Part shown: piece after piece, positions 42,184 to 52,134 of the stretch
Layout of the letters: every line of letters starts with the position of its first letter
Position numbering within the stretch: the first letter of the stretch is position 1
NCBI GenBank assembly: GCA_030765235.1
Contig: JAVCCW010000029.1
Span: 76,939 to 140,938, forward strand
Direction of reading: 5' to 3'
Source of the DNA: Candidatus Gorgyraea atricola
Lineage (GTDB): Bacteria; Omnitrophota; Gorgyraeia; Gorgyraeales; Gorgyraeaceae
Length of the DNA stretch: 64,000 nt
Translations under genes and position numbers: made by a program
Notes under the pieces: generated by a model
Told to the model about the DNA's origin: nothing
The model's database searches: none
Seen by the model: the letters and a program-made list of their open reading frames with translations, nothing else

Positions 42184-43275
42184 ATGAAGGCAAAGGTTTC
42201 TCTTGTAAAGTGTAAGACATATAGCGCTGAAGAGGTCGGCCCTGCAATTAAAAAGGCCTTTGGCCTTCTAGGCGGCCTGGAGCTTTTTGTAAAAAAAGGC
42301 GAAAAGGTACTTCTTAAGCCTAATATGCTTTCAAGAAAAACGCCAGAGCAGGGCGCTAACACGCACGTTGAGATCGTCAGGGCATGCGCGAGGCTGGTAA
42401 GGGATTGTGGCGCAGTGCCAATAGTAGGTGATAATCCAGGCGGCTCTTTGACCCCTAAAGAGGCATATGATGCTTCAGGATTCTTAAATATGGCAAAGGA
42501 AGAAGGTATTGAGCTTGGCCAGGGTAAGGATGTCAAGATGGTTCGCGGCATTCCGATATCTTCTTATTTTTTCGAGTGCGATAAGATAATTAATCTGCCT
42601 AAGATGAAGACGCATAGTCTGACGACCTTGACAGGTGCTATAAAAAATATGTATGGCGCTGTCTCTGGTCTTATAAAGACCGAGTACCACAAAAGATTTC
42701 CTAATCCCAGAGAGTTTGTTGGTACCTTGGTGGATGTCTACGAGATAGTTAAGCCGCATCTTGTTTTAATGGATGGGATTGTTTCAATGGATGGAGATGG
42801 GCCTAGCGCAGGCAGGCTGAGAGATACCGGGATTTTGATGGCAGGTAGTGATGGCGTGGCTATAGATAGTGTGTTTTCGCATTTGATCGGGGTCAGGCCT
42901 TCGGATATCCTGACGACCAAAGAAGCTAATAAAAGAGGTCTCGGAGAGATATCTTTAGAAAATATTGAGGTTGTAGGCGAAAGCGTTTCAGAGAATTTCA
43001 TAGAAGGGTTTAAGTTGCCACATTCTAAGAAGCTATTCATGCTGCCGGATCGCACCCTTAAGATGCTGGCAAGTTTTATCAGATTTGGACCGTATATAAA
43101 TAAAGATATTTGTAAAAAATGCGATATCTGTACTAAGAGTTGTCCTGTATCTGCAATTAAAGGATTCACTATAGATCATCATAGGTGTATCAGGTGCATG
43201 TGCTGTCATGAGGTGTGCCCGCATAATGCAATAGAATTAAGACGGAATTTCCTGGCCCGCGTCTTTGGCCTATAA
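42184..43275 (+). CDS. DUF362 domain protein with C-terminal 2x[4Fe-4S] ferredoxin
   Basis: VLLKPN, LPKMKTH, GAIKN.YG; two CxxCxxCxxxCP motifs. Confidence 0.9.
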   Translation: MKAKVSLVKCKTYSAEEVGPAIKKAFGLLGGLELFVKKGEKVLLKPNMLSRKTPEQGANTHVEIVRACARLVRDCGAVPIVGDNPGGSLTPKEAYDASGFLNMAKEEGIELGQGKDVKMVRGIPISSYFFECDKIINLPKMKTHSLTTLTGAIKNMYGAVSGLIKTEYHKRFPNPREFVGTLVDVYEIVKPHLVLMDGIVSMDGDGPSAGRLRDTGILMAGSDGVAIDSVFSHLIGVRPSDILTTKEANKRGLGEISLENIEVVGESVSENFIEGFKLPHSKKLFMLPDRTLKMLASFIRFGPYINKDICKKCDICTKSCPVSAIKGFTIDHHRCIRCMCCHEVCPHNAIELRRNFLARVFGL

Positions 43276-43290
43276 ACGGAGGAAGAAGTT

Positions 43291-44316
43291 ATGCTGCTTG
43301 AACCTATCAAGTGGGAGAAGAATAAGATAGTTTTTATTGATCAGACAGAGTTGCCAGCGCGGCTAAAGTATGTGAGATGCGCTGATGTAGATACGCTGTG
43401 CGAGGCTGTAAAGAAGCTAAGGGTTCGCGGCGCGCCTTTAATAGGTGTATCTGTTGCATTAGGTTATGCCCTCGCAGCCATAAATTCAAAGGCAAAGACA
43501 TTAGCTGGACTTAAGAAGGATCTGAAGAGCGCTTATCTGAAACTTAAAAAGACTCGGCCAACTGCAGTGAATCTTTTCTGGGCGCTAAAAAGAATGGAGA
43601 ATTGCTTTTTGAATATTTCATCTTCTTCTAATCTTCACCAGATTAAAAAAGCAATTTTAAAAGAAGCGCTTTCTATAATGAACGAAGATAAACAAATGTG
43701 CCGCGCAATAGGAAAGAACGGCGCCAGATTGATAAAGAACAGAGACATTGTACTCACGCATTGCAATGCAGGCATGCTCGCAACAGCAGGCTATGGCACA
43801 GCGCTTTCTCCTCTTTATGAGGCAAAGAAACAGGGTAAGCGTTTTAAGGTGTACGTGGATGAGACACGGCCGCTCATGCAGGGGTCGCGGCTTACCATGT
43901 GGGAGCTTATGAAAAACAAGATCGATGCCATACTTATATGCGATGACATGGCAGCGTCTACCATTAAGAATAAGGGCGTCACAAAGATCATCGTCGGTGC
44001 TGACAGGATCGCGCGAAATGGAGATGCTGCGAATAAGATCGGCACATATGGACTCGCAGTGCTTGCCAAACATCACAAGATCCCTTTTTACGTGGCAGCA
44101 CCAAGTTCTACCATAGATAGAAATGCAGCCACAGGCGCTGACATCCCTATAGAAGAAAGAAAACCTGAAGAACTTATCTATGTGGGATCAAAACAGACAG
44201 CGCCAAATAAATCCAAGGTCTTTAATCCAGCATTTGATGTAACGCCAAGTGAACTCATAACAGCAATAATAACTGAATCAGGTGTATATGCGAATAAGAG
44301 ATTTGGGAGAATTTAA
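43291..44316 (+). CDS. mtnA: Methylthioribose-1-phosphate isomerase
   Basis: VRGAPLIG, RPTAVNL, THCNAG.LAT, NPAFDVTP. Confidence 0.95.
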   Translation: MLLEPIKWEKNKIVFIDQTELPARLKYVRCADVDTLCEAVKKLRVRGAPLIGVSVALGYALAAINSKAKTLAGLKKDLKSAYLKLKKTRPTAVNLFWALKRMENCFLNISSSSNLHQIKKAILKEALSIMNEDKQMCRAIGKNGARLIKNRDIVLTHCNAGMLATAGYGTALSPLYEAKKQGKRFKVYVDETRPLMQGSRLTMWELMKNKIDAILICDDMAASTIKNKGVTKIIVGADRIARNGDAANKIGTYGLAVLAKHHKIPFYVAAPSSTIDRNAATGADIPIEERKPEELIYVGSKQTAPNKSKVFNPAFDVTPSELITAIITESGVYANKRFGRI

Positions 44317-45109
44317 ACTTATAAAAAGGATCACTAAGTCTACGAACTTAGATGATACAGCTGTTTTAAAATACAAAAAGGGTAAGTTTCTTTTGTTTAC
44401 AACTGATATGCTGCTTGAGGGAAGGCATTTCCGTAAGACTGCCTCGCCATACCTGATCGGTAAGAAAAGTCTGTCAGTAAACATAAGCGATATCGCGGCA
44501 ATGGGAGGGATTCCCAAGTGCGCAGTGATATCCCTGGGTATACCAGGTTCTTTAAAAGTAAAATATGTGGACGCTATATATAAAGGTATAAGGGATGTTG
44601 CGAGGAAGTTCAAAGTAGATCTAGTTGGTGGAGACACAATCGCCTCCAAAAAGATCATCATAAATATTGCGCTCCTCGGTGAGGTCGAAAAAAAGAACCT
44701 GGTTTTACGCAGCGGCGCCAAGAAAGGCGATGCGATATTGGTCACAGGCTCTATCGGAGGGTCGCTAAAAGGTAAGCATTTAAGATTTACTCCTCGTCTA
44801 AAAGAGGCGAGGTTTCTTACTAAAAATTTCAATATTCATTCAATGATAGATGTATCTGACGGTCTGTTAGCTGATCTTGGCCATATATTGGAAAGAAGCA
44901 ATGTCGGCGCAGTGATCAATGATAAGGATATACCGCTTACAGGATCCATAGAAGACGGGGAAGATTTTGAGCTGGTATTTACAGTTTCTAAAAAAGACAC
45001 AAAGAGATTAATAAAATCATGGCCTTTTAAGGCAAGGCTTTCAAGGATTGGCGCAATTACTGGCAAAAAGCACAAGCCACCAACAAAAGGCTACAACCAT
45101 TTTAAATAA
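44288..45109 (+). CDS. thiL: Thiamine-monophosphate kinase
   Basis: GEFKLI, NISDIAAMGG, VGGDT, DVSDGL, GEDFEL. Confidence 0.93.
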   Translation: MRIRDLGEFKLIKRITKSTNLDDTAVLKYKKGKFLLFTTDMLLEGRHFRKTASPYLIGKKSLSVNISDIAAMGGIPKCAVISLGIPGSLKVKYVDAIYKGIRDVARKFKVDLVGGDTIASKKIIINIALLGEVEKKNLVLRSGAKKGDAILVTGSIGGSLKGKHLRFTPRLKEARFLTKNFNIHSMIDVSDGLLADLGHILERSNVGAVINDKDIPLTGSIEDGEDFELVFTVSKKDTKRLIKSWPFKARLSRIGAITGKKHKPPTKGYNHFK

Positions 45110-45111
45110 GC

Positions 45112-45531
45112 ATGCTGACACATAGTCCAGAAGAGACAATTAAGTTGGGTGAGGATTTGGCAAAGAGGTTGTCTAAGGGGAGCGTGGTGGCGCTTTTTGG
45201 TGATCTTGGCAGCGGTAAGACTACGTTTACAAAGGGCATTGGAAAAGGCCTTGGTGTAAAAAATGCCATGCATATAAATAGCCCCACATTTGTTCTTATA
45301 AAGGAATATAAAGGTAAGTTCCCCCTGTATCACCTGGATCTCTACAGGCTCGAAAATTTACAGAATATAGAAGACATAGCGGTCGAGGAGTATATATATG
45401 GTGATGGCGTAACTATTATAGAATGGGCAGGAAAGATGAAAAGACTTCTTCCAAAAAAACACATTGCTGTAAAATTTACCATTAAAGGCGAGAGCGAAAG
45501 AGAGATAAAGATTGAAGATCTTGGCGATTGA
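45112..45531 (+). CDS. tsaE: t6A biosynthesis ATPase TsaE
   Basis: GDLGSGKTTF, SPTF, HLDLYRL, IEW. Confidence 0.95.
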   Translation: MLTHSPEETIKLGEDLAKRLSKGSVVALFGDLGSGKTTFTKGIGKGLGVKNAMHINSPTFVLIKEYKGKFPLYHLDLYRLENLQNIEDIAVEEYIYGDGVTIIEWAGKMKRLLPKKHIAVKFTIKGESEREIKIEDLGD

Positions 45532-46168
45532 TACAAGTTCGAAATTTTTAAGCATTGCGCTGGGAAATGGCAAGGATATAATAAAGGAAGAGAATTATCT
45601 TCTTGATAGGAGGCATTCGAGTTTATTAGTGCCTAAGATCAAGGAGATGTTAGAGGGCTCAGGTCTTTCAATAAAAAAGATAGACGCGTTTGTCGTAGGA
45701 TTAGGCCCTGGCTCATTTACAGGTTTACGCATAGGTGTAAGCGCAGTAAAGGGACTTGGCCTTGCCTTGAAAAAACCCTGTATCGGCGTCGCGAGCATTG
45801 ACGCGATTGCAATGAATGCAGATTCTGGCATGATCGTTCCTATCATAGACGCGAAGAGGGAGAATGTCTATAGCGCTATCTATGAGAAAAAGAATGGCCG
45901 TGTTGTCAGGAAAACAGATTATTTATTGATAAAGATGAACGAGCTTTTAAAAAAAGTAAAGAAGGATGCTATTTTTTTAGGTGATGGCATTAGTATTTAT
46001 AAAGATAAGATAGGACGAGGAATCTTTTTGGAAGAAAAATATTGGTATCCAAAGGCAGGCAATCTAATAAAACTGGCACTACCAAAAATAAAACGAACCA
46101 AGAAGTGCAATTTAGCTAAACTCGAACCCATTTATCTATACCCTAAAGACTGCCAGGTGAAAAAATGA
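45512..46168 (+). CDS. tsaB: t6A biosynthesis protein TsaB
   Basis: ILAIDTS, GPGSFTGLRIG, IDAKR; TTG start. Confidence 0.95.
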   Translation: MKILAIDTSSKFLSIALGNGKDIIKEENYLLDRRHSSLLVPKIKEMLEGSGLSIKKIDAFVVGLGPGSFTGLRIGVSAVKGLGLALKKPCIGVASIDAIAMNADSGMIVPIIDAKRENVYSAIYEKKNGRVVRKTDYLLIKMNELLKKVKKDAIFLGDGISIYKDKIGRGIFLEEKYWYPKAGNLIKLALPKIKRTKKCNLAKLEPIYLYPKDCQVKK

Positions 46169-47283
46169 AATTTTACAGGCCGACATATGCAGAGATAGAT
46201 CTGGGCGCGATGCGCCATAATCTGCGTGCGATAAAGAAGATCGTGGGTAAGGACATGGAGATACTTGGCATTGTAAAGGCAGATGCATATGGCCATGGCA
46301 TGCTCGAGGTCTCAAGGACGCTCATTAAGCAAGGAGTGAAATACTTAGGTGTTGCCTCTCTGGATGAAGCTGCGTTGCTGCGCGCAGCAGGCATAAAGGC
46401 AAAGATCATCGTGCTCGGTTCAATCTTGCCACAAGAGGCTGAAGGTGTATTGAAATTTAATGTAATACAGACGGTTTCAGATCTAGATATTGCAAAGACG
46501 CTCTCAAGACTTGCCCAGAGAAGAAAGAAAAAGATAAGGATCCACATAAAGATTGACACAGGCATGGGTAGGCTTGGTTTTTGGCATGAAGAGGCAATAG
46601 GTTTTGTTAAAAAGATAGCATTACTAAAAAACATTATTATAGACGGTATCTTTACGCATTTTCCCAGCGCGGAGAGTGACGCGCCTTTTACACAGAAACA
46701 GATAAAGGATTTTAATTTTCTTATGCGGTCTCTTTGGCGATGCGGTATTGAAATACCTATAAAGCATACCTCGAACAGCATGGCGCTTGTAGATTTTAAA
46801 GAGTCTCGCATGAATATGGTGAGGCCTGGTCTTATTATGTATGGCCTGCATCCTAGAGCCGATTTATTTAAGAGACTGGGCCTGAAGCCGGTCTTAAAGT
46901 TCAAGACAAAGATCGTGCATCTTAAATCAGTAGCGCGAGGAAGAAGTGTAAGTTATGGAAGGGCGTATATTGCAGGCGAAGACACAAAGATCGCTACGAT
47001 CCCAGTGGGATACGGAGATGGTTATTCGCGACATTTATCAAACAGGGCAGATGTTTTAATAAAAGGTAAACGCGCGCCAGTAGTGGGCAGGGTTTGCATG
47101 GATATGACCATGGTCTATGTAGGGCACATAAGAGGTGCGAAGGTCGGAGACGAGGTGGTGTTGATCGGTGCTCAGGGTAAAGATATTATAAGGGCTGAGG
47201 AACTCGCGAATCTCATATATACTATTCCGTACGAAATTGTGTGCAACATTGGCCGCCGAGTGCCAAGGGTATATAAAACATGA
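46165..47283 (+). CDS. alr: Alanine racemase
   Basis: VKADAYGHG, KIDTGMGRLG, GRVCMD. Confidence 0.97.
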   Translation: MKFYRPTYAEIDLGAMRHNLRAIKKIVGKDMEILGIVKADAYGHGMLEVSRTLIKQGVKYLGVASLDEAALLRAAGIKAKIIVLGSILPQEAEGVLKFNVIQTVSDLDIAKTLSRLAQRRKKKIRIHIKIDTGMGRLGFWHEEAIGFVKKIALLKNIIIDGIFTHFPSAESDAPFTQKQIKDFNFLMRSLWRCGIEIPIKHTSNSMALVDFKESRMNMVRPGLIMYGLHPRADLFKRLGLKPVLKFKTKIVHLKSVARGRSVSYGRAYIAGEDTKIATIPVGYGDGYSRHLSNRADVLIKGKRAPVVGRVCMDMTMVYVGHIRGAKVGDEVVLIGAQGKDIIRAEELANLIYTIPYEIVCNIGRRVPRVYKT

Positions 47284-47284
47284 A

Positions 47285-47366
47285 AAATCCCAAATCCCAA
47301 AACATGTTTGGGATTTTGAAATTGGGATTTATTTGGTAGTATTGGTATTATTGGAATTTGGGATTT
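47285..47366. repeat. Inverted AAATCCC/GGGATTT heptamer array
   Basis: Related to 37580-37699. Confidence 0.8.
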
Positions 47367-47395
47367 ATCGCGCAATATTAAGGAGGAAAGCCATT

Positions 47396-47869
47396 ATGTC
47401 AGAAACTATTTTTTTAACAAGAGAAGGTCACGCGAAGTTAGTAAAGCAGCTCAAGGTCCTTAAAGGCGCCAAGCGCAGGGAGATAGCAAATGCGCTTGCA
47501 AAGGCACGGGCCATGGGAGACCTGAGCGAGAACGCAGAATATGACGCAGCCAAGCAGGATCAGGCAATAAACGAAAAAAGGATATCTGAGCTCGAGCAAA
47601 AGCTCATAAATGCCAGGCTCATTGAAGAGGAGAACATCCCAAAAGATAAGGCCTATATAGGCGCTACTATTAAATTAGTAGATATTGAATCAAAAGAGGA
47701 AATTTCCTACACGCTTGTGTCAGAGGACGAAGCAGACTTTGCCCAGGGCAAGATCTCTACTTCCTCGCCTGTAGGCAAGGCACTGTTAGGCAAAAAAAAG
47801 GACGAGATCGTGCACATAAGAATCCCAGCCGGCACGCTAAAGTACAAGGTCACATCTATCACTAGATAA
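47396..47869 (+). CDS. greA: Transcription elongation factor GreA
   Basis: GDLSENAEYDAAK, IS..SPVGKAL; AAGGAGG RBS. Confidence 0.96.
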   Translation: MSETIFLTREGHAKLVKQLKVLKGAKRREIANALAKARAMGDLSENAEYDAAKQDQAINEKRISELEQKLINARLIEEENIPKDKAYIGATIKLVDIESKEEISYTLVSEDEADFAQGKISTSSPVGKALLGKKKDEIVHIRIPAGTLKYKVTSITR

Positions 47870-47920
47870 CCTGGGCAACTTCGTAAGTTACCCATTGGGT
47901 AACTTACGAAGTTGCCCAGG
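47870..47920. terminator. 51-bp palindrome (25-bp perfect arms) right after greA
   Basis: cctgggcaacttcgtaagttaccca-t-reverse complement; T-rich tract follows. Confidence 0.65.
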
Positions 47921-47934
47921 GTGTTTCTTTTCTA

Positions 47935-47963
47935 TTGTAAGCACCTAATTTATGTAGTATAAT
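47935..47963 (+). promoter_or_regulatory. sigma70-type promoter of the 347-aa orphan
   Basis: TTGTAA-17 nt-TATAAT. Confidence 0.65.
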
Positions 47964-48013
47964 ATAGACAAACTAAGATTGAGTCAAAAAGGCTCTAATT
48001 TTTTGCCTTCGTT

Positions 48014-49057
48014 ATGATAAAGTTTAAAAAACTACCCTTTTTAAAAATTATTTCTCTATGTGTGAGCATTTGTTTTTTTGTACACACTATAGTATATGCT
48101 GCACCTAATTTAAGACCTAATTCTATCTTAGATAGAGTGGATAAAATAGATGATGAAAAAAGACTCAACATAACATTGTCTATTATTAGTTCAAACAGTA
48201 AGATCGAAAAAGAGATTAGGTTAATTCTTGAATCTTTAAGGCCAGTAGATTTTCAAATAAAAAACGAGCTTACTCTAGAAGAATTCGAGCAGCATATAAA
48301 AAGTGAACTAAAAAAACGCAATATAAAGTATAAAGATTCAAAAACTCAACCATGGAATACGTTTTTTTATCTTTCCAGAGATATAATAGTAAGTATTGTA
48401 TCTTTAAATCTTAAACGACTAGCTATAAATTTACCAGAATTGATTTTTATGACCTTTATACCCAGTGCTTATGGACATCAAAAATTTACTTTTAGTCGCG
48501 ATTCAAAATTGTCAAGTGTTCAGATAGTGACTACGGGACGATTTAATTTTACGACTCCTATATTGCATTATTCTGTTATTTTAGGAGCACTTGCGCCAAA
48601 GTTTTTAAATATGAATTTTGATAGGCCCTTTCTTCTATTTTTAGTATTATCAGCACTATTTTCTATGGTTATGTTTTCTTTTATGGGGGCATATTTTGAA
48701 AGGCAAAATTATAAATTTAGGAAGGGTATTAAGATGCATGAATTAATACATGGACAGACGTATTTGTCAGAAGATGTTCTAAAAGAAAAAGGAAAAATAA
48801 AAAAATACATCGGCATAGGTTTGTCAGATTATTTTGAAAAGAATAAAGAATCTCTAAAGAAAACCATTAGCAGAAATGACTTTTTTAAATTAGAAGAGGA
48901 AATTTTAGCTGCGATTAAACATGAGTTAAAAAAGAATGAATCAGATATTGATTTACAAAAGCGTACAAATCCTAGAAAAAGAAAAATTTTTAGAAGAGCC
49001 GTTTTTAATATAAAGAATATTTTAGGAACTACTGCTAAAATTACTCAAAATATATAG
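48014..49057 (+). CDS. AT-rich signal-peptide orphan with hydrophobic segments and an HExxH motif
   Basis: VYA-APNLRP N-terminus; HELIH at 48737-48751. Confidence 0.65.
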   Translation: MIKFKKLPFLKIISLCVSICFFVHTIVYAAPNLRPNSILDRVDKIDDEKRLNITLSIISSNSKIEKEIRLILESLRPVDFQIKNELTLEEFEQHIKSELKKRNIKYKDSKTQPWNTFFYLSRDIIVSIVSLNLKRLAINLPELIFMTFIPSAYGHQKFTFSRDSKLSSVQIVTTGRFNFTTPILHYSVILGALAPKFLNMNFDRPFLLFLVLSALFSMVMFSFMGAYFERQNYKFRKGIKMHELIHGQTYLSEDVLKEKGKIKKYIGIGLSDYFEKNKESLKKTISRNDFFKLEEEILAAIKHELKKNESDIDLQKRTNPRKRKIFRRAVFNIKNILGTTAKITQNI

Positions 49058-49258
49058 ACCTTTTATAATAGCCTCTCTAAAAAATCCAAAATTTTTTGAA
49101 AGAAAACCATCCTCCAGGCTGTTTGGGAGCGTCCGCCGCGTCCGAAGGTAGCCTTTTATGGGATAAGTGGGGCGTGGGGTGTTCTGTGAGTGGGAGGATC
49201 CACGCCGGGCGGAGGGGCCCACGAACAGAATACCCCGCGCCCCACAATATGCGATAAA

Positions 49259-49320
49259 GAGATTGCTTCGCTTCGCCCCGCCCTTTCTTCAGAAAGGGCG
49301 GGGCTTCGCTCGCAATGACA
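49259..49320. repeat. Arm of the GTCATTGCGAG element with a nested GCCCCG...CGGGGC hairpin
   Basis: gagattgcttcgcttc-[gccccgccctttct tc agaaagggcggggc]-ttcgctcgcaatgaca. Confidence 0.8.
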
Positions 49321-49340
49321 GTATGGTTGTAAAAAATATA

Positions 49341-49369
49341 TTGTATTTTTCCATACTGGGTGGCATAAT
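49341..49369 (+). promoter_or_regulatory. Possible sigma70 promoter
   Basis: TTGTAT-17 nt-CATAAT with TG extension. Confidence 0.45.
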
Positions 49370-49419
49370 ATATAGCTAATGATAATAGGTCCGGAAGGGC
49401 CATAACAAAAGGAGAGATA

Positions 49420-50382
49420 ATGCGTATGCGTAAGATTGGTATCTTCGTATCTCTGGTTTTAGTGTTGGCACTTGGTTTTGCTATATCTAGTAGTGCTGCT
49501 TCGAAATATGCAGCAAAGGTAAATGGCGTAAAGGTCAAGTCTATGACGCTTGAGGCCGCGGTCGATAATTTTATTGCAAATCAAAAGATGATGGGCATGC
49601 AGACCAATGAAGGGGATAGGGATAAGCTGCGCGCACAGATACTAGAGGAATTGATCTCTGCGGAGCTCTTGTATCAGGAGAGCAAAAAGGCTGGCCTGGA
49701 TAATTTAAATGATAAGGTAAAGGAACAGTTTGAAAATATTAAAAAGGGATTTGCCTCAAAGGATGAATTTAAGAAGGTTTTAAAAGAAAGAGGCGTGAGC
49801 GAAAAAGAGCTTAAGAACGACATAAAAAAGGGTCTTTACATAAAGGCATTTCTGGATAGGGACATCTATGCTGGTGTTACTGTAAGTGAGCAGGAGAAAC
49901 AAGCAGAGTATGAGAAAAATAAAGATAAGCTTAGCGTCCCTGAGCAGGTAAAGGCAAGCCACATATTGATTATGGCTAAGCCGGATGCAAGTGATGAGGA
50001 TAAAAATGCGGCAAAGGCAAAGATAGAGGATCTAAGAAGAAAGGCTTTATCAGGCGAGGATTTTGCAGAACTGGCAAAGGCGAATTCGCAGGATGGATCA
50101 GCTTCGAATGGTGGAGACCTGGGTTATTTTGGAAGAGGCGCAATGGTAAAACCGTTTGAGGATGCCGCGTTTAGTCTGGAAGCAGGACAGATAAGCCAGA
50201 TAGTTGAGACACAGTTTGGCTATCACATTCTAAAGGTTACGGACAAGCAGGAGCCCAGGACCTTGAGATATGAAGAGGTCGCGCCTGATATCGAGAGATT
50301 TTTATTAAATCAGCGCAGAGGAGAAGTACTGCAAAAATTTGTCACTGGATTAAGGAGTAAGGCGAAGATAGAGGTTTATTAG
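49420..50382 (+). CDS. Parvulin-type peptidyl-prolyl isomerase (SurA/PrsA-like)
   Basis: Signal peptide; ASHILI, GGDLGYF, ETQFGYHI. Confidence 0.92.
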   Translation: MRMRKIGIFVSLVLVLALGFAISSSAASKYAAKVNGVKVKSMTLEAAVDNFIANQKMMGMQTNEGDRDKLRAQILEELISAELLYQESKKAGLDNLNDKVKEQFENIKKGFASKDEFKKVLKERGVSEKELKNDIKKGLYIKAFLDRDIYAGVTVSEQEKQAEYEKNKDKLSVPEQVKASHILIMAKPDASDEDKNAAKAKIEDLRRKALSGEDFAELAKANSQDGSASNGGDLGYFGRGAMVKPFEDAAFSLEAGQISQIVETQFGYHILKVTDKQEPRTLRYEEVAPDIERFLLNQRRGEVLQKFVTGLRSKAKIEVY

Positions 50383-50420
50383 TATAAAGGTATAAAAGTT
50401 TAAAGGTTAGGAGTTGGGTT

Positions 50421-52073
50421 ATGAAAAGCGACACGATAAAAAAAGGAATCTCAAGAGTTGGGAATAGAGCTTTATTGTATGCAACGGGCTGTTCTAAAAA
50501 AGATATGCAAAAGCCTTTTATAGGCATTGCGTCGAGCTTTACTGATCTTGTGCCTGGACACATACACATGAGAGGCCTTGAGCGCGCGATTGAAAATGGC
50601 GTTTATGCAGGTGGAGGGAAACCGTTCGTCTTTGGCGTGCCTGCTATCTGCGACGGCATTGCAATGGGCCACTTTGGCATGCGGTATTCGCTGGCATCAA
50701 GGGAGCTCATAGCAGATTCTATTGAGACAATGGCAGGGGCGTACGCTCTTGACGGACTAGTGCTTCTTACGAATTGCGATAAGATCACGCCTGGTATGCT
50801 CATGGCATGCGCGAGGGTTAATGTGCCTACCATTATCGTGACAGCAGGCCCTATGCTTACCGGGCATTACCAGGGCAAGAGATTAGATCTTGTGCACGAC
50901 GCATTTGAGGCAGTTGGCAGATACAAAAAGGGTGAGATCTCAAAGCATGACTTGAATGAACTGGAGACCAATGCGTGTCCTGGCCCAGGTTCATGCCAGG
51001 GACTTTTTACTGCCAATACAATGAGCTGTCTCACAGAGACAATGGGAATGTCGCTGCCTGGCTGCGCAACCTCTTTAGCTGTTTCAAGCAAAAAGGCAAG
51101 GATTGCATTCGAGAGCGGCGAACGCATAATTGAGTTAGTCAAAAAGAATGTGAAGCCGCGCCAGATTATTAATAGGAAATCCATCTTTAACGCGGTTATG
51201 GTGGATATGGCGTTGGGCGGATCTACAAATACGGTTTTGCATCTTGCGGCGATTGCAAAAGAGGCAGGAATCGATCTGCCGCTGGCTACTTTTGATAAGA
51301 TAAGCTGCAAGACTTCAAAGATATGTGATCTCAGGCCAAGCGGGGAATATTTCTTAGAGGATCTTGAGATCGCAGGCGGCATTCCAGCTGTTTTAAATAG
51401 ACTTCAGCTAAAGTTGAGCGACAATCCAACTGTTTGCGGAGCCTCGATTAAGAAAATTGCAAAAGCCGGCAAGATTTATGACGAGGATGTCATAAGGCCG
51501 CTGGATGATCCTTATAAAAAGGAAGGCGGCATTGCGATATTAAAGGGAAACATCGCGCCAGATGGTAGTGTTGTAAAACAGGGCGCTGTGGATGAAGAGG
51601 CAATGCTGTTTAAAGGCAAGGCAAAGGTCTTTGATTCTGAAGAAGCTGCAATGAGCGCTATCCTGAACAGCAAAGTGAAAAAGGGCGATGTTATTGTCAT
51701 ACGATACGAGGGTCCGAGCGGTGGCCCTGGCATGAGAGAGATGCTTTCTCCTACATCAACTATTGTGGGCATGGGTCTGTCCAATGACGTTGCGCTTATT
51801 ACAGATGGCAGGTTTTCAGGCGGTACTCGCGGGCCGTGCATAGGACATATTGCGCCTGAGGCTTATAAAGGCGGGCCGATTGCTATATTAAGGAATGGCG
51901 ACAGGATCAGGATTGACATAAAAAAGAGACGCTTGGACGTAGATCTGTCCAAGGCTGAGATAAAGCGACGCTTAAAGAGATGGCGCCAGCCCAGGCCAAA
52001 GGTCCAACATGGCTGGCTTTCCAGATACGCGAAGTTGGTAAGTTCCGCCTCCAAAGGCGCAATCCTAACCTAA
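50421..52073 (+). CDS. ilvD: Dihydroxy-acid dehydratase
   Basis: [31 protein letters not shown]. Confidence 0.97.
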   Translation: MKSDTIKKGISRVGNRALLYATGCSKKDMQKPFIGIASSFTDLVPGHIHMRGLERAIENGVYAGGGKPFVFGVPAICDGIAMGHFGMRYSLASRELIADSIETMAGAYALDGLVLLTNCDKITPGMLMACARVNVPTIIVTAGPMLTGHYQGKRLDLVHDAFEAVGRYKKGEISKHDLNELETNACPGPGSCQGLFTANTMSCLTETMGMSLPGCATSLAVSSKKARIAFESGERIIELVKKNVKPRQIINRKSIFNAVMVDMALGGSTNTVLHLAAIAKEAGIDLPLATFDKISCKTSKICDLRPSGEYFLEDLEIAGGIPAVLNRLQLKLSDNPTVCGASIKKIAKAGKIYDEDVIRPLDDPYKKEGGIAILKGNIAPDGSVVKQGAVDEEAMLFKGKAKVFDSEEAAMSAILNSKVKKGDVIVIRYEGPSGGPGMREMLSPTSTIVGMGLSNDVALITDGRFSGGTRGPCIGHIAPEAYKGGPIAILRNGDRIRIDIKKRRLDVDLSKAEIKRRLKRWRQPRPKVQHGWLSRYAKLVSSASKGAILT

Positions 52074-52112
52074 AGTAGACAAAACAGACAGTGTCTGTTT
52101 TGTCTACTTTAG
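52070..52112. repeat. 43-bp palindrome (21-bp perfect arms) containing the ilvD stop
   Basis: ctaaagtagacaaaacagaca-g-tgtctgttttgtctactttag. Confidence 0.8.
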
Positions 52113-52134
52113 CTATTTTAGCAAGGGATATACT

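Noticed and set aside
49077-49538. 153-aa minus-strand ORF and the 70-aa ORF at 49167
   Set aside because: Made of repeat-derived sequence (VIASEA...) and antisense to the PPIase gene.
52070-52134. ilv attenuator or T-box leader
   Set aside because: No leader peptide or T-box motif; the hairpin is a simple perfect palindrome.
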